A model generated the notes under the pieces. It ran no database searches. It was given only the letters and a program-made list of their open reading frames with translations, and was not told the DNA's origin. Of a DNA stretch of 64,000 bases, positions 14,681 through 24,927 are shown piece by piece; position 1 is the stretch's first letter, and each line of letters begins with the position of its first letter. The DNA lies in the IMG/VR virus record IMGVR_UViG_3300043427_001988, positions 4,927-68,926 of that record; one strand, given 5' to 3'. A program made the translations under genes and the position numbers. Source of the stretch: a virus.

Positions 14681-14721
14681 AAGCTACCAAGAATAGTAGA
14701 AACTACGCTTAACCTATAGAT

Positions 14722-14750
14722 AGTATAGCAGGTTTTGTTTCCCTTGTCAA
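14722..14750 (-). promoter_or_regulatory. sigma70-type promoter
   Basis: TTGACA-17-TATACT with extended TG. Confidence 0.85.
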
Positions 14751-14754
14751 GAGA

Positions 14755-15954
14755 TTAAAGGTTCATTGGGTTCTGTGCTTGCCAATGTGCAATACGTTTC
14801 TCGGCGATTTCTTTATATTCCTCGCTAAGTTCAATTCCAATAAACTGCATCCCCTCTAATACAGCCGCACATCCCGTACTTCCACTCCCCATAAACGGGT
14901 CTAATACAACTCCATTTGGTGGCGTGACGAGGCGCACGAGGTAGCGCATGAGGGCAATAGGTTTGACGGTGGGGTGGTGGTTGGCTCGTGCATCGCTCGC
15001 ATCCAGCCCAGCCTCCCGCTCAGCCTTCGACGCTTTGGCGGTGTAGAAAAAGCGTGACGGCGTTGCATCACTCTGCTCGTCCAATGCCTCGCCTGCGCTC
15101 TCGTCGAGGATGACGTTGGCAGGCCAGCGGCCGGAGGGTTGCACGAATTGGCCCGCTCCACCTGGCTTTTTACCATTGAAGTACTGGTCTACTTCTCGTG
15201 TGGTATTTCCATATGAACCACCATTCAAATCATCATCCGTCGCCACCCTGCACCCATCAATGTTGAGCGCACCGGTGCCCCACGTCAAAACATTGTCGGC
15301 AACGGTGCCGGTCAGTGGTTTGCGGGCAAGCACGGCAGGCTCATGAGCTGGCTTGATGGCAGTGCCCCAACCGTGCCACTGCTTTGCGAGGTCGGTGGCG
15401 GGAGTGTTTCCAGCGTGTTCGTGATAGCCAACTTCTCTTGCTTTAGTTAGCCGGGGTCTTTCGTCAAGTTCATTTGATAAACCTTTTCCGGCTGTACTTT
15501 TTGGAGTAATTGGAGTTCTTATTAACTCCCTCTCCGCACCTGCCTGCTTATCCAACGCCTTGCTGACATCGTGCGACTTCGGAAACCCCGAGCCATACAG
15601 CCACATAATTGTATCTCTAATTTCAAAGCCTGCTAAACGAAGTGATATAGTCATCAAATCAACAGTACGTGTCCCTGCGAAACAAATAAGATGTCCGCCG
15701 GGTTTTAATACACGAAATACTTCAGACCAAATAGCAGGTGGGGGTACAAAGCCATCCCAGTCTTTCCCCATAAACCCTTTTCCTTCAGGAATGTAGGCTG
15801 GGTCATTTGTTAGCCATGTAGTAAGCGTTGTGCGGATTTTCTTTTCATCAAAAGAACTTAACCCGTAGGGTGGGTCAGTTACTATTGAATCAACACTGTT
15901 ATCCGGAAACTCTTTTAGCACTTCTAGGCTATTTCCTACTCGTAAATCAATCAT
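14755..15954 (-). CDS. DNA N6-adenine/N4-cytosine methyltransferase (beta class)
   Basis: TDPPY at the N-terminus; HPTVKP and VLDPFMGSGST near the C-terminus. Confidence 0.92.
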   Translation of the reverse strand: MIDLRVGNSLEVLKEFPDNSVDSIVTDPPYGLSSFDEKKIRTTLTTWLTNDPAYIPEGKGFMGKDWDGFVPPPAIWSEVFRVLKPGGHLICFAGTRTVDLMTISLRLAGFEIRDTIMWLYGSGFPKSHDVSKALDKQAGAERELIRTPITPKSTAGKGLSNELDERPRLTKAREVGYHEHAGNTPATDLAKQWHGWGTAIKPAHEPAVLARKPLTGTVADNVLTWGTGALNIDGCRVATDDDLNGGSYGNTTREVDQYFNGKKPGGAGQFVQPSGRWPANVILDESAGEALDEQSDATPSRFFYTAKASKAEREAGLDASDARANHHPTVKPIALMRYLVRLVTPPNGVVLDPFMGSGSTGCAAVLEGMQFIGIELSEEYKEIAEKRIAHWQAQNPMNL

Positions 15955-15968
15955 ATAACTCCTTAAAA

Positions 15969-16000
15969 TAAAAAGAGAACGCCCCCGAAGGGGCGTTTCT
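15969..16000 (-). terminator. intrinsic terminator
   Basis: AACGCCCC-TTCG-GGGGCGTT followed by T-rich tail on the minus strand. Confidence 0.8.
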
Positions 16001-16428
16001 TAACCCTCCGCTTTCTGAATGCCAATCTCGACAACGAGTTGTTCAGGCTTGTCTTGCCGAAGAATATTCTCGGCAATTTCCTTTGTTAACACGGGTTCCA
16101 TGTTCTCTACAGCGAGTTGTTTTGCGTGGCTCGCTACCACGTCCTGGGGATAGATAAACCAATGCAGGTTTAGTGCCTTAAAGAACGTTTGATATACACC
16201 CTGACTAATCGTAAAGATAGTCAGGAAGTTTGCGGTAAGCGATGTGGGGGTTAATTGCCCTTCAATATACGCGGTAAGTGTCGCGAGTACAACCGAAAGA
16301 GCCACCGCTAAACCGAACTTATAGTGACTCGGCCAGCTCAAACGCTTTAGCCACAGGATAACAATAGGGATAACGGTACCACTCAACACCATACTAATCG
16401 TTTGGGCGAGTTGCATTTCTGGGTTCAT
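16000..16428 (-). CDS. holin-like membrane protein
   Basis: Two to three TM segments, downstream of the amidase. Confidence 0.6.
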   Translation of the reverse strand: MNPEMQLAQTISMVLSGTVIPIVILWLKRLSWPSHYKFGLAVALSVVLATLTAYIEGQLTPTSLTANFLTIFTISQGVYQTFFKALNLHWFIYPQDVVASHAKQLAVENMEPVLTKEIAENILRQDKPEQLVVEIGIQKAEG

Positions 16429-16745
16429 AGATGCTCCATTTTCTCGCTCATTTCGGCGAGTTTCTTTTCTAAATGTTCTACTCGTGCAATCAAGGCCTGC
16501 CGCTCAGCGGTAAGTTGGGCGTTTAATTGCACAAGCTCTTGATTACGCTCAGAGAGTCTGCGATTATCTTCTTCTAGAGCACTGATGCGTTCGCTGTGTT
16601 GTTTAATAAGTTGGAGAAGGTCATCTCGAAAGTTTGTTTCGGCGGAATTTTTATTCCCTTTAAAGGCAACAAGAGAACCGACTGCTCCAACAATAAGACT
16701 GACAAGGGCGGTGAGCGCATCGCTTAAATTAAAGTTTTCTGACAC
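16425..16745 (-). CDS. TM plus coiled-coil lysis-cassette protein
   Basis: N-terminal TM and heptad coiled coil, between amidase and holin. Confidence 0.6.
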   Translation of the reverse strand: MSENFNLSDALTALVSLIVGAVGSLVAFKGNKNSAETNFRDDLLQLIKQHSERISALEEDNRRLSERNQELVQLNAQLTAERQALIARVEHLEKKLAEMSEKMEHL

Positions 16746-16748
16746 AAG

Positions 16749-17465
16749 TTACTCCACAGTGTGATGATGAGATAAAAGTGGCTCAAAGATATAGCCGAGG
16801 CCAAGTGCGTATCGCCACCGGTTATTTCCGGTAATCTCCTCACCAAAAACTACATCACCACCAAAAGAAAACACTGAGGAATTCTCTGGGAGTGTTGTAA
16901 TTACTTGGGAATTTCGTGTAGGACTTTTTCGTACATTCGTGCGTGTGTTAGTTTTATAGATAGTATATGGGCGTAAAAAGTGCTTCGACCAGTATGTAAA
17001 AAATTCGTCAGTAACCCCAGATGGGTCAATCTTTCTCCCTGGTGGAGTAGCGATGTAGCGGTGGGTAACTCTTTCTAAAAGAGGGAACTTACGCGCTAGC
17101 GTGGTGATACCCATCCACATCTCTCCAGTCCAAAACCCCTCGCCTGGCGTAAAGTGAACCTCTACACCAACTGCATGAGGATTTCCATATTTATTTAAGT
17201 CTCTGGTGCGTCCTGTATGCCACGCCATGTAGTTTGCAGGGTCAAGCATCTGTACTACCTCACCTTGTTTTGAAACAAGATAGTGTGCAGATACATCGGG
17301 GGAGTTTAAAAGAAAATTAAGCTCATTCTCAAACTTCGTTCCTACTCGTCCGTTCGTAGTATGGATAACAAGGCTTCGATATGGAATTGCGTTACTCCTC
17401 TGGCTGTACCCCGTCCCTGGCGGGAGGCGATTGTTCTTCTGGAACTCGGGGCGAACTATTATCAT
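16749..17465 (-). CDS. endolysin, N-acetylmuramoyl-L-alanine amidase with SH3-like domain
   Basis: VIHTT, VSAHYLV, AWHTG, GVEV, THR...RKIDP; C-terminal NVRKSP; start revised to MIIVRP. Confidence 0.9.
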   Translation of the reverse strand: MIIVRPEFQKNNRLPPGTGYSQRSNAIPYRSLVIHTTNGRVGTKFENELNFLLNSPDVSAHYLVSKQGEVVQMLDPANYMAWHTGRTRDLNKYGNPHAVGVEVHFTPGEGFWTGEMWMGITTLARKFPLLERVTHRYIATPPGRKIDPSGVTDEFFTYWSKHFLRPYTIYKTNTRTNVRKSPTRNSQVITTLPENSSVFSFGGDVVFGEEITGNNRWRYALGLGYIFEPLLSHHHTVE

Positions 17466-18831
17466 TTTCGGTTGGCACCTCCTGTACGACTTCGGTATCA
17501 ATTTTCTCCTGCTCATCCTCATAGGTAGTACCGTAAAGTTGAGCAATTGTGTCTTTACTGATAGCCCCAATCTGCTGTGCTTGTATCGCCAGCTGAGTGA
17601 GCGCAGTAATATCTTGAATGGGTATTGGACTAAAGAATGGCTTTGGGTACCAAGAAAAGTTATTGGCTTCTGCAAGCTCTTTGTATGCGTGTTCAACCCA
17701 TAGAAGAATCGCTTCGCGTAGGTCATTGAGTGTGGAAATTGGTCCAAGACTTGCGGTCTTATTATCAGTTGAATTACTGCGTAACGTTTCCCCCACGGCT
17801 AGGATTCGCGGGAACCCGAGGGCGAGGAAGATGTCCGCATTTGGTTCTACGTACTTAGCCTCATTTAACAGGGCTTCCATTGGCGGAAATACCCAGCTGA
17901 TTTCTACCGTATGATTCGTGAAGAGGTTAAACACCCTATCACCAGTCACTGCGGCGTTTGCTAGGACCGTCTCGGTTGCATTGATGTCATCATCCGTTGC
18001 GGGGAATGTGTCGCTACCAATCTTTACATGGCGCAAAAGCTCACTCGCTCTTGCAGCAATACTGCGGTCCATTTGTTTCAAATAGTACTTATGCTGGAGT
18101 GCGTAGAGTGCATTTTGAAGAAATGGCTTTGGATAATCGTCGTAAGAACGGAGCTTTCGGTAAATTGGGCGCACATTTTCCAGCGGGAAAAGGCGTTGCC
18201 CTTTTTCTACTGCACGGACAAATGCAGGGAATTCGCGCACGAGTTCTTGATACCCTTGCTTATCGCTGGTACCGTCTCTGCGCTTTCCCTTGGTCAGAAT
18301 AAAGTCTACCTCAGCGTCTGGTACTTTGAAGAATACCAGGCGAGACGTACCGATAGGGCGACGCTTCAGCTCAATAAACTCAGGATTACGCACCCAGAAC
18401 TCATTCGGGAACTGTACACGCTTTCGCCCCAGCGTAGAATCAACTTTATTTCCCATGATAGACTGCGTGGTCATTTCAGGAACACTCATTCCATGAATGA
18501 AGTAATCCAACGCAACAATCTTGAGATACGGCTGAAGAAACTCTGCGACCGCATCGAAGTACTTTACACCCTCTTGAGGATTATCTTTATCACGGCGATT
18601 GCGAAGTTGCGTCATCGACATATCTACCATGCGGTCAATCACGGTACCGACAATGGTATCGTTATCGTAGTAAAACCGGCAGAACTTAATTAACTCGTGG
18701 TAGGTGTACTTTTTAGAATTATCAAAAGGCAACGTTGTGGGGTCATAATACCCAGCAACGAATTGGTTATTTACGAAGAATGGAGACGGCATATATGCCG
18801 CTACACTTCGTTTAGGTTGCGCTAAAGTCAT
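17392..18831 (-). CDS. portal protein
   Basis: 479 aa directly after terminase; helical portal-like pattern (GAISKDT near the C-terminus). Confidence 0.75.
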   Translation of the reverse strand: MTLAQPKRSVAAYMPSPFFVNNQFVAGYYDPTTLPFDNSKKYTYHELIKFCRFYYDNDTIVGTVIDRMVDMSMTQLRNRRDKDNPQEGVKYFDAVAEFLQPYLKIVALDYFIHGMSVPEMTTQSIMGNKVDSTLGRKRVQFPNEFWVRNPEFIELKRRPIGTSRLVFFKVPDAEVDFILTKGKRRDGTSDKQGYQELVREFPAFVRAVEKGQRLFPLENVRPIYRKLRSYDDYPKPFLQNALYALQHKYYLKQMDRSIAARASELLRHVKIGSDTFPATDDDINATETVLANAAVTGDRVFNLFTNHTVEISWVFPPMEALLNEAKYVEPNADIFLALGFPRILAVGETLRSNSTDNKTASLGPISTLNDLREAILLWVEHAYKELAEANNFSWYPKPFFSPIPIQDITALTQLAIQAQQIGAISKDTIAQLYGTTYEDEQEKIDTEVVQEVPTENDNSSPRVPEEQSPPARDGVQPEE

Positions 18832-18832
18832 G

Positions 18833-21436
18833 TTACCTCTCTGTAGTCTTTGCGGATGGTCTGCCTAGGGCGACCGATTGTGCGATGTTATCAATTTTTC
18901 CACGAAGTGCGTAAATAAAACACAAGTAACTTGCAAAGATGTGGTCATCATCAGCAGCCCCGCTTCCACGGTCGCTCATAATGAAGTAGTGGTCGTTTCC
19001 AGTAATTCTACGCTGTCGGGTTAATCGCTCGAGTTGCGAAATACCCTCCACATCAATTTCCGAAAATACCACGCGCCCTTCTGTAACCATTCTGGCAAGC
19101 TCCTTACCACCCCATGAACGGAAAACTTCAGTGAGTTCAGTATCGTCCTCGGTTCGCCCAACTGGCACACGCTCGTTAAATAGTACGCTAACCACTCGTT
19201 CAGAATATTTATTATTTGCATATTCAGGCCTTGTTGTTAAAGATTGGATAATGCCAGGACCTCCACCACCAGCACCTACGTCAATAGCGATGCGACTGGG
19301 GTTATAGTGTTTTGTAAGATAGTGAATAATACGTTCTTGCTCTGGATAGTCAATCTTGGTAAGTCGGTATCGCACAAATGTTCTATACGTATTTTCGTAC
19401 AATCCAATAACTTGAATAATCGTCGGGTCGGTAAACCCTGTGTCAATAGACAGAATGATTGTTTCTTGGTTCTTGACGTTGTGTAGTTTTAGCACTTCTT
19501 CGTAGCTTTTTCCCTTCATCTTATCGTTGTTACTAAAGCGATAACTGTAAAAGTCAAACGCTTCGGTTACAAACGCATCGCGAGGGATTACCTGGAAGCT
19601 TGCACTACCGTGTTTACCAAGTACGAGTTGTTGGAAAATGTCTTCCTCAATACCACCGTATTTCCGTAAAGAATCGTTCCAGTCATCTAGCGTGAAGTAC
19701 GGATTGTTCGGAGAAGGGATGCGGTACTTCTTGTACTTCGCTCTTCGCATATCTAAGTCGTATAGTGCTGAATTTCTGAGGCCGTTTGGCACGCCGCAGT
19801 ACACTTCCTGTACCTTTGGTTCCCAGGTATTCAACGTGGGTTGAAGCTGATTAAACGCGGTCATTGGGAATAACTGCATCTCATCACCAGCAATCTTAGG
19901 GATATGCAGACCGACCAAGTTGTTCGATTCCTTTGTACCCGCAATACGCGCGTAGAAGCGATGATTCCGCCCACCAAACTTAAAGTCAAGCGTACCTTTT
20001 GACCTATTCACATTATTCCCTAAGAACTCACGTAATAGCGGTGACGTAGTGAATTTGAGAATTACGCGGTCGAGAAGCGGTGTTAACTGGTTTGTGTTTG
20101 GCGTGACTAGTAATTGTTCTGCTGTTTTTGGAAACTCGATGTCATTGTTTACAATCTGGTACGTGAGTAAATCTTCAATAATTACCGAGTTATGCACAAT
20201 GACGTACTCAGAAATATAGGTTTCATCAGTATAGACAGACACTGCATACGTAGCGACTTTGTACGGACGCTGTGTGCGTTTTTGAAGCGGTTCCCAGCGC
20301 ACTAATGGCGGTGGGTCAATGTCGTCATAGTTGGCTTCAACTCTAACCCCAGGGATTTTAAACGTCTGCCAGAACCGTGTTGCAAACTCTTTGCTGATTG
20401 TTTCTACGCGCCACATATCGCGATTGTACCGTAAGTTTCGCGCGCTATACTCATCATGCATTCCGATGTGTACCAGCTTAGTCGCTACGCCAAAGTAGGA
20501 CAGTACTTCTTGGAAGTCTTTTGCGTATCGTGTGTTAAACACAGGGATGCTGACTTTTTCAAGACTAAGTGTTCCATACTGGGCGAATACCGCCTCAAGA
20601 AAGATTTTAATATTATCAAGTTTTTCTTTCTTTAACCAGTCCAAAGTAGCCGACCGGCGGTATCTTCTCTTTAATGTACCAATCTCTTGCTGAATTTGAA
20701 AAAGGTAGTGCCTCGATTGCCCCGTGTTATAACGGTCGAAGTAATAATACCCATCCTCAATACGCAGTTTTGTAAAGATGTTATCGTTAATAAACTTTAA
20801 CTCTTCTGCAATCTGCTTGTACTTCGGCTTGATTTTTAAATGACTCTTTAGCCGCATACGAGAGAGGGCATCATACCCCAAAAGGCGTAACTCAAACCAG
20901 CTGTACGAATCGTTTACGCAGTGGTCAGTAGGGAGGTAATTTGCAATACCGACTAAGTCGCCGAGTTTTAAGTCACCAGCCAGTACAAATCCATGCGGAG
21001 TGAGTACGGGGTGATTTTCAGTACATTCTAGCTCGTGTCCAGTAGGAAACTCATATGTGTACGTGTATGTCCATTTGTCAGGAGTTACTACCCCTCGACG
21101 CTGACGAAACTTCCCGTCAGTTGTGTACGCGTAGGTAATAAAGGAGCCTTTCTGCTCAAGTTGTCGGATAGACTTAAATCCATCAATCGTGTAGATTTTC
21201 GCGTTGAGTGGTTGGCACTTACCGATGGAACGCCCGCCAGTAATAATAATGTGCTTGTTTTGGTCGGTGAGGATTTCTTTTTGATATGGTCGGTGTTTGA
21301 ATTCTTCCGCAGGCCAGTTATTCTTGTTCATGTCCCCGTTATTTGTAGAACGGAGAAACTCATTAAGCCAGATAGGGTCTTCCATAATCTCAAGGAGAGC
21401 TAACTCTGGCTCTTCAATCTTTTTCTGGAGTGGCAT
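18833..21436 (-). CDS. terL: terminase large subunit (intein-containing)
   Basis: RPYQ, GGRSIGK/S Walker A, GDEMQ Walker B, IDTG and DDH nuclease residues. Confidence 0.9.
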   Translation of the reverse strand: MPLQKKIEEPELALLEIMEDPIWLNEFLRSTNNGDMNKNNWPAEEFKHRPYQKEILTDQNKHIIITGGRSIGKCQPLNAKIYTIDGFKSIRQLEQKGSFITYAYTTDGKFRQRRGVVTPDKWTYTYTYEFPTGHELECTENHPVLTPHGFVLAGDLKLGDLVGIANYLPTDHCVNDSYSWFELRLLGYDALSRMRLKSHLKIKPKYKQIAEELKFINDNIFTKLRIEDGYYYFDRYNTGQSRHYLFQIQQEIGTLKRRYRRSATLDWLKKEKLDNIKIFLEAVFAQYGTLSLEKVSIPVFNTRYAKDFQEVLSYFGVATKLVHIGMHDEYSARNLRYNRDMWRVETISKEFATRFWQTFKIPGVRVEANYDDIDPPPLVRWEPLQKRTQRPYKVATYAVSVYTDETYISEYVIVHNSVIIEDLLTYQIVNNDIEFPKTAEQLLVTPNTNQLTPLLDRVILKFTTSPLLREFLGNNVNRSKGTLDFKFGGRNHRFYARIAGTKESNNLVGLHIPKIAGDEMQLFPMTAFNQLQPTLNTWEPKVQEVYCGVPNGLRNSALYDLDMRRAKYKKYRIPSPNNPYFTLDDWNDSLRKYGGIEEDIFQQLVLGKHGSASFQVIPRDAFVTEAFDFYSYRFSNNDKMKGKSYEEVLKLHNVKNQETIILSIDTGFTDPTIIQVIGLYENTYRTFVRYRLTKIDYPEQERIIHYLTKHYNPSRIAIDVGAGGGGPGIIQSLTTRPEYANNKYSERVVSVLFNERVPVGRTEDDTELTEVFRSWGGKELARMVTEGRVVFSEIDVEGISQLERLTRQRRITGNDHYFIMSDRGSGAADDDHIFASYLCFIYALRGKIDNIAQSVALGRPSAKTTER
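20189..21217 (-). mobile_element. intein (343 aa) in terminase Walker A
   Basis: K|CQPLNAKI...CTENHPVLT...VIVHN|S; central degenerate LAGLIDADG-like region. Confidence 0.92.
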
Positions 21437-22052
21437 CGCTCAGAATTACCTCCTCATCAGTTTCTGGAATTAGCTTATCTTCGCTAGTTTCGGGCTGAAT
21501 TACCTCGTACAAATACTGCTTGCGCCATTTGTAGTCCTTAATATCAAAAAGCACCCCTTCCGAAGCCGCTTTCCGCGAGGCCGTAACGCGCTTGCTGCAC
21601 TGACTGCATTGACACTCGAAGTGAAACGCTGTGTGGTCCATTACTGGAGAAAACCGCGCCAACAGTATTTTACAATCTGGGCAGTACACTTTAATCAACC
21701 GTTTCTCAAGAAAGTTCTGCGCGTTTACTTTTAAGTCAGTAATGTACGTAGCAAGGCTATCTGTGTTTTCCGACTTGCGTGTCTTACGGTCAAGCGCAAG
21801 TGCACGTTCAATTTGCAGGTTTCTTTCAATCAAATCGCGCATCGCATTACCGATTTGCTTTACTTCCTCAATGTTATCAACGGCGGATACCTCTGTGACC
21901 GCAAGCATCTCTGCTTGAAGTCGTTCAATAATTACTTGATTATTGATAAGCATGGTGAGATTTGCCTTGTCGTTGGGTGAATCTAACGTTTCAATATCGT
22001 ATTTCTGCCCATACTCCTGCAAAATCTCATCAAATCTCTTCTTTTTCGCCAT
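21414..22052 (-). CDS. probable terminase small subunit with zinc ribbon
   Basis: Helical protein overlapping the terL start; CPDC..CSQC. Confidence 0.5.
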   Translation of the reverse strand: MAKKKRFDEILQEYGQKYDIETLDSPNDKANLTMLINNQVIIERLQAEMLAVTEVSAVDNIEEVKQIGNAMRDLIERNLQIERALALDRKTRKSENTDSLATYITDLKVNAQNFLEKRLIKVYCPDCKILLARFSPVMDHTAFHFECQCSQCSKRVTASRKAASEGVLFDIKDYKWRKQYLYEVIQPETSEDKLIPETDEEVILSDATPEKD

Positions 22053-22129
22053 AAAAACCCCTTTTAGGGAGGGTAAGTCTCCAAAACTAGAGAAAAACCC
22101 TCCCTAACCTTATAACAAGTTTTTATACA

Positions 22130-24274
22130 CTACCGTACTGGACAGGCACCGCCAACACAGTCAGCATCCAACTCATCCTCATCAAACATAATAAACTCGC
22201 GCTGTGACAATTCCTGCACAATACGCTCCCAGGTTACATGCTCAACTTCATTCTTACGCTTCGTATATTCCTTCTCGGTAATCTCCTCATAGGGCATGAG
22301 AGGATATGCGCCGGTGTTCTTTGGAAGGAACGATACGCCAATGTAACTATCCCACCGCTCAAGAATCAAGTCGATAATCGCATCAACTTCCTCAGGAGCA
22401 AACGTCACTGTAATTGACGTGTTGTGGTCGGTATAGTTGTTCTGCAAAATGAAATAGCGATTGAGCTGGTCAATTGCTGACTCCGTGTTTGCTGAACGTG
22501 GTGCTGAGGTCTTAATTGGGAACTCAATTACCCACGTCTGCGCACTATCGAGTACCTTCATGCGCTCGAAGTTTGAGAGCTTAATAAACTCTTCAGGGCG
22601 CATGGTCGTGGCCTCTGGATAGACTGGATAGCCAACGGCCAACATCGTCTTAGCCAATGGGTCAAACGACGAAATACGAACACGGCGGATGTAGTATGGC
22701 GCGTATGAGCTATGTGCCCCTGACGACACAGTTGGGAGTTGGCTAATCGTACCCGATGGCTTCACAGCGGTAACGAGCAAAGGCGTTTGGATACGCATTT
22801 CTGATGCGTACACCTGTGCAGTTGTATTTGCGCCACTACTCAACTCAGCCAAGAACTCATAAAGCGTAATGTCTGAATCGTAACCGCCCCAAAGTACTGG
22901 TACTCGTGAAAGTTCTTCAGTACTATCCACACCAACCGCATCCATAGCCTCCACATACCCAGTAAGAGAAACGCCCGTCAGACGGTCACGCTTCTGAACC
23001 TTATCCCAGTGAGGAAGTTCAAGAGTTACATTAGTCATGCGCAACCCAATACGGGTTGCAGTCTCCACAGCCCAGCCAAGTGCATCGAGGTCAATGACCT
23101 TCTTACCGTTATGCATCTTCACAAATGCCGCAACATTGACTTCGGACAAGTTACAGACCCCGTTGTCAGCGAGCAAAATCTCGGCACAGGGGTTCGTACC
23201 AGCATACCACGGGCGACGACGGCTTGCGGCTTCGGCATTAATAAAACCTGGCTCACCATTGTTCAGCACGCGGTTAAAGATGTCTACCAACTGCTCTCGC
23301 GTAGGCTTTTCAGTGAAGTACACCGAATTGTTACTCATACCACGATAGAAATACTTTTCCTTCGCACGGTCAATCCACAGGTCAACCTTCGCGTCCATAA
23401 CCTCTGTGTCGTTAATATCAAAAAGGGTAATCTCTGATGAACGACGCACACCACCAACAACAACGCATGAGCCAATAATGTTCATGATGTCCATGGCTTG
23501 GACTGTTGAAAGTTTTGTACCACCACGGCAGACTACTTCGTGAATTTGCTTGAACATAGTACGAAGTGCGGTATGCCCTGAGGCACGCCCACCGAAAGTC
23601 TTCAAGATTTCGCCTTGAGGACGGACGTTGTCGTAGCTAATGATAATTGATTCAACATGTGCATCACCAGTCAACAGCTCGAAATAGATTTCAAGGGCAC
23701 GAACCCAGCCTTCTTTTGAGTCCCCAACTACGATGTACTTGTCTCCTGCGTCCTCAAACAACTGAGTGTCCTCGTAACGCTCGCTCTTGGCTTTTTGGTG
23801 GTAAGGCTTATGCGCAACCACAACGTTATTTTTAATTTCCGGAAGCTCCGCAACATCGCTTGGAAGCACACGGAATCCTACACCAGTACCGAGCATCATC
23901 AAGTAGAACGCATCCACAAACGATTGAAATGAATCTACAACTGTGAATGAACAGTTGAAGTTAGCTAGCGGGAATTTCTTTGCGGCTTCAGTACCGCCAA
24001 TCCACATGGTACGCCCCGCGGGGAAAATACGCAAGTGGAACATATTATCGAAAAAGGACTCAGCGTCAACGCGCAGTGTTGTAATATCCGCCGGACCGTT
24101 ATACAATGACATGCTATATTCTACAACACGCTGGCAGGTCTCTTTCCAGTGCTCACGACGCTTTGCCTCGTTGTTCCAGCGTGAATAGGTGCGCAAGTAG
24201 ACAAATTGCCCCAGTAGAGAATTCCACTGGGGATTGTCAGGATACTTCGCAAGAAACGATTCGCTCAAATACAT
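22130..24274 (-). CDS. nrdJ: class II (B12-dependent) ribonucleotide reductase
   Basis: RTYSR, PAGR, FNC, GGVRRS, TNPCAE, KPSGT, C-terminal CVGGACPVR. Confidence 0.95.
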   Translation of the reverse strand: MYLSESFLAKYPDNPQWNSLLGQFVYLRTYSRWNNEAKRREHWKETCQRVVEYSMSLYNGPADITTLRVDAESFFDNMFHLRIFPAGRTMWIGGTEAAKKFPLANFNCSFTVVDSFQSFVDAFYLMMLGTGVGFRVLPSDVAELPEIKNNVVVAHKPYHQKAKSERYEDTQLFEDAGDKYIVVGDSKEGWVRALEIYFELLTGDAHVESIIISYDNVRPQGEILKTFGGRASGHTALRTMFKQIHEVVCRGGTKLSTVQAMDIMNIIGSCVVVGGVRRSSEITLFDINDTEVMDAKVDLWIDRAKEKYFYRGMSNNSVYFTEKPTREQLVDIFNRVLNNGEPGFINAEAASRRRPWYAGTNPCAEILLADNGVCNLSEVNVAAFVKMHNGKKVIDLDALGWAVETATRIGLRMTNVTLELPHWDKVQKRDRLTGVSLTGYVEAMDAVGVDSTEELSRVPVLWGGYDSDITLYEFLAELSSGANTTAQVYASEMRIQTPLLVTAVKPSGTISQLPTVSSGAHSSYAPYYIRRVRISSFDPLAKTMLAVGYPVYPEATTMRPEEFIKLSNFERMKVLDSAQTWVIEFPIKTSAPRSANTESAIDQLNRYFILQNNYTDHNTSITVTFAPEEVDAIIDLILERWDSYIGVSFLPKNTGAYPLMPYEEITEKEYTKRKNEVEHVTWERIVQELSQREFIMFDEDELDADCVGGACPVR

Positions 24275-24283
24275 AACTCTTAT

Positions 24284-24577
24284 TTACTCCTGTGTGTTAT
24301 TTATATCAATGAAACTCGCTTGAACGTCGGTTGTCCACGTTAAGTCCATGAGTTTCATTTTCGTTACTTGTAGTCGCCGTAGGTTCATAATGTACATCGT
24401 AATAACCGACTGTACTTTTTGTGCGAATTCATACGGGTCTTCAAACGTATACTGAATAGGAACTTTATGAAATTCGACATGCTCAGTCTCCTGGTTCGCA
24501 ACGCAAAAGGCCACGGTGAACGTACTTGTCGTGCTATCGTAGGTCCAGTGAGTAACTGAAAACTTATGTCGGCTCAT
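24284..24577 (-). CDS. hypothetical protein
   Basis: Coupled ORF in operon. Confidence 0.7.
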   Translation of the reverse strand: MSRHKFSVTHWTYDSTTSTFTVAFCVANQETEHVEFHKVPIQYTFEDPYEFAQKVQSVITMYIMNLRRLQVTKMKLMDLTWTTDVQASFIDINNTQE

Positions 24578-24927
24578 TAGCGATTATCCCCGCTTCCCTT
24601 GAGCACACCGCGTGCTTGTCGGCTTTGTAACTTCATGTAGTTATCATAGAAAATATCGCTAATCTGTACACCAAGGTCGTCTGCGGTTGCAGTAACGTAC
24701 CAGAGAACATCCCCAAGCTCAGCAATCAACGATTCAAAGCTTTCCTGACTCAACTGACCATCCTCGTCGCGCATAATCTTCTTGAGCTTACCAGCGACTT
24801 CTCCTGCCTCGTTTGCAAGACCGAGAATAGGATAAACCAGCTCGTACTCCTTGTCGTATACTTTGGTTGACTTCACAAACCGCTGGTAATCTTCCAGACT
24901 CTTAAACTCATTTGGTAACTCTTCCAT
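24577..24927 (-). CDS. MazG-like nucleotide pyrophosphohydrolase
   Basis: LGLANEAGEV...AELGDVLWY. Confidence 0.9.
   Translation of the reverse strand: MEELPNEFKSLEDYQRFVKSTKVYDKEYELVYPILGLANEAGEVAGKLKKIMRDEDGQLSQESFESLIAELGDVLWYVTATADDLGVQISDIFYDNYMKLQSRQARGVLKGSGDNR

Noticed and set aside
14920-15600. GC-richer interior of the methyltransferase as an inserted element
   Set aside because: The frame is intact with no intron or intein signatures; more likely ordinary mosaic exchange.
13459-24188. Numerous plus-strand ORFs opposite BMP, methyltransferase, portal, terL and nrdJ
   Set aside because: Antisense shadows of recognisable genes.
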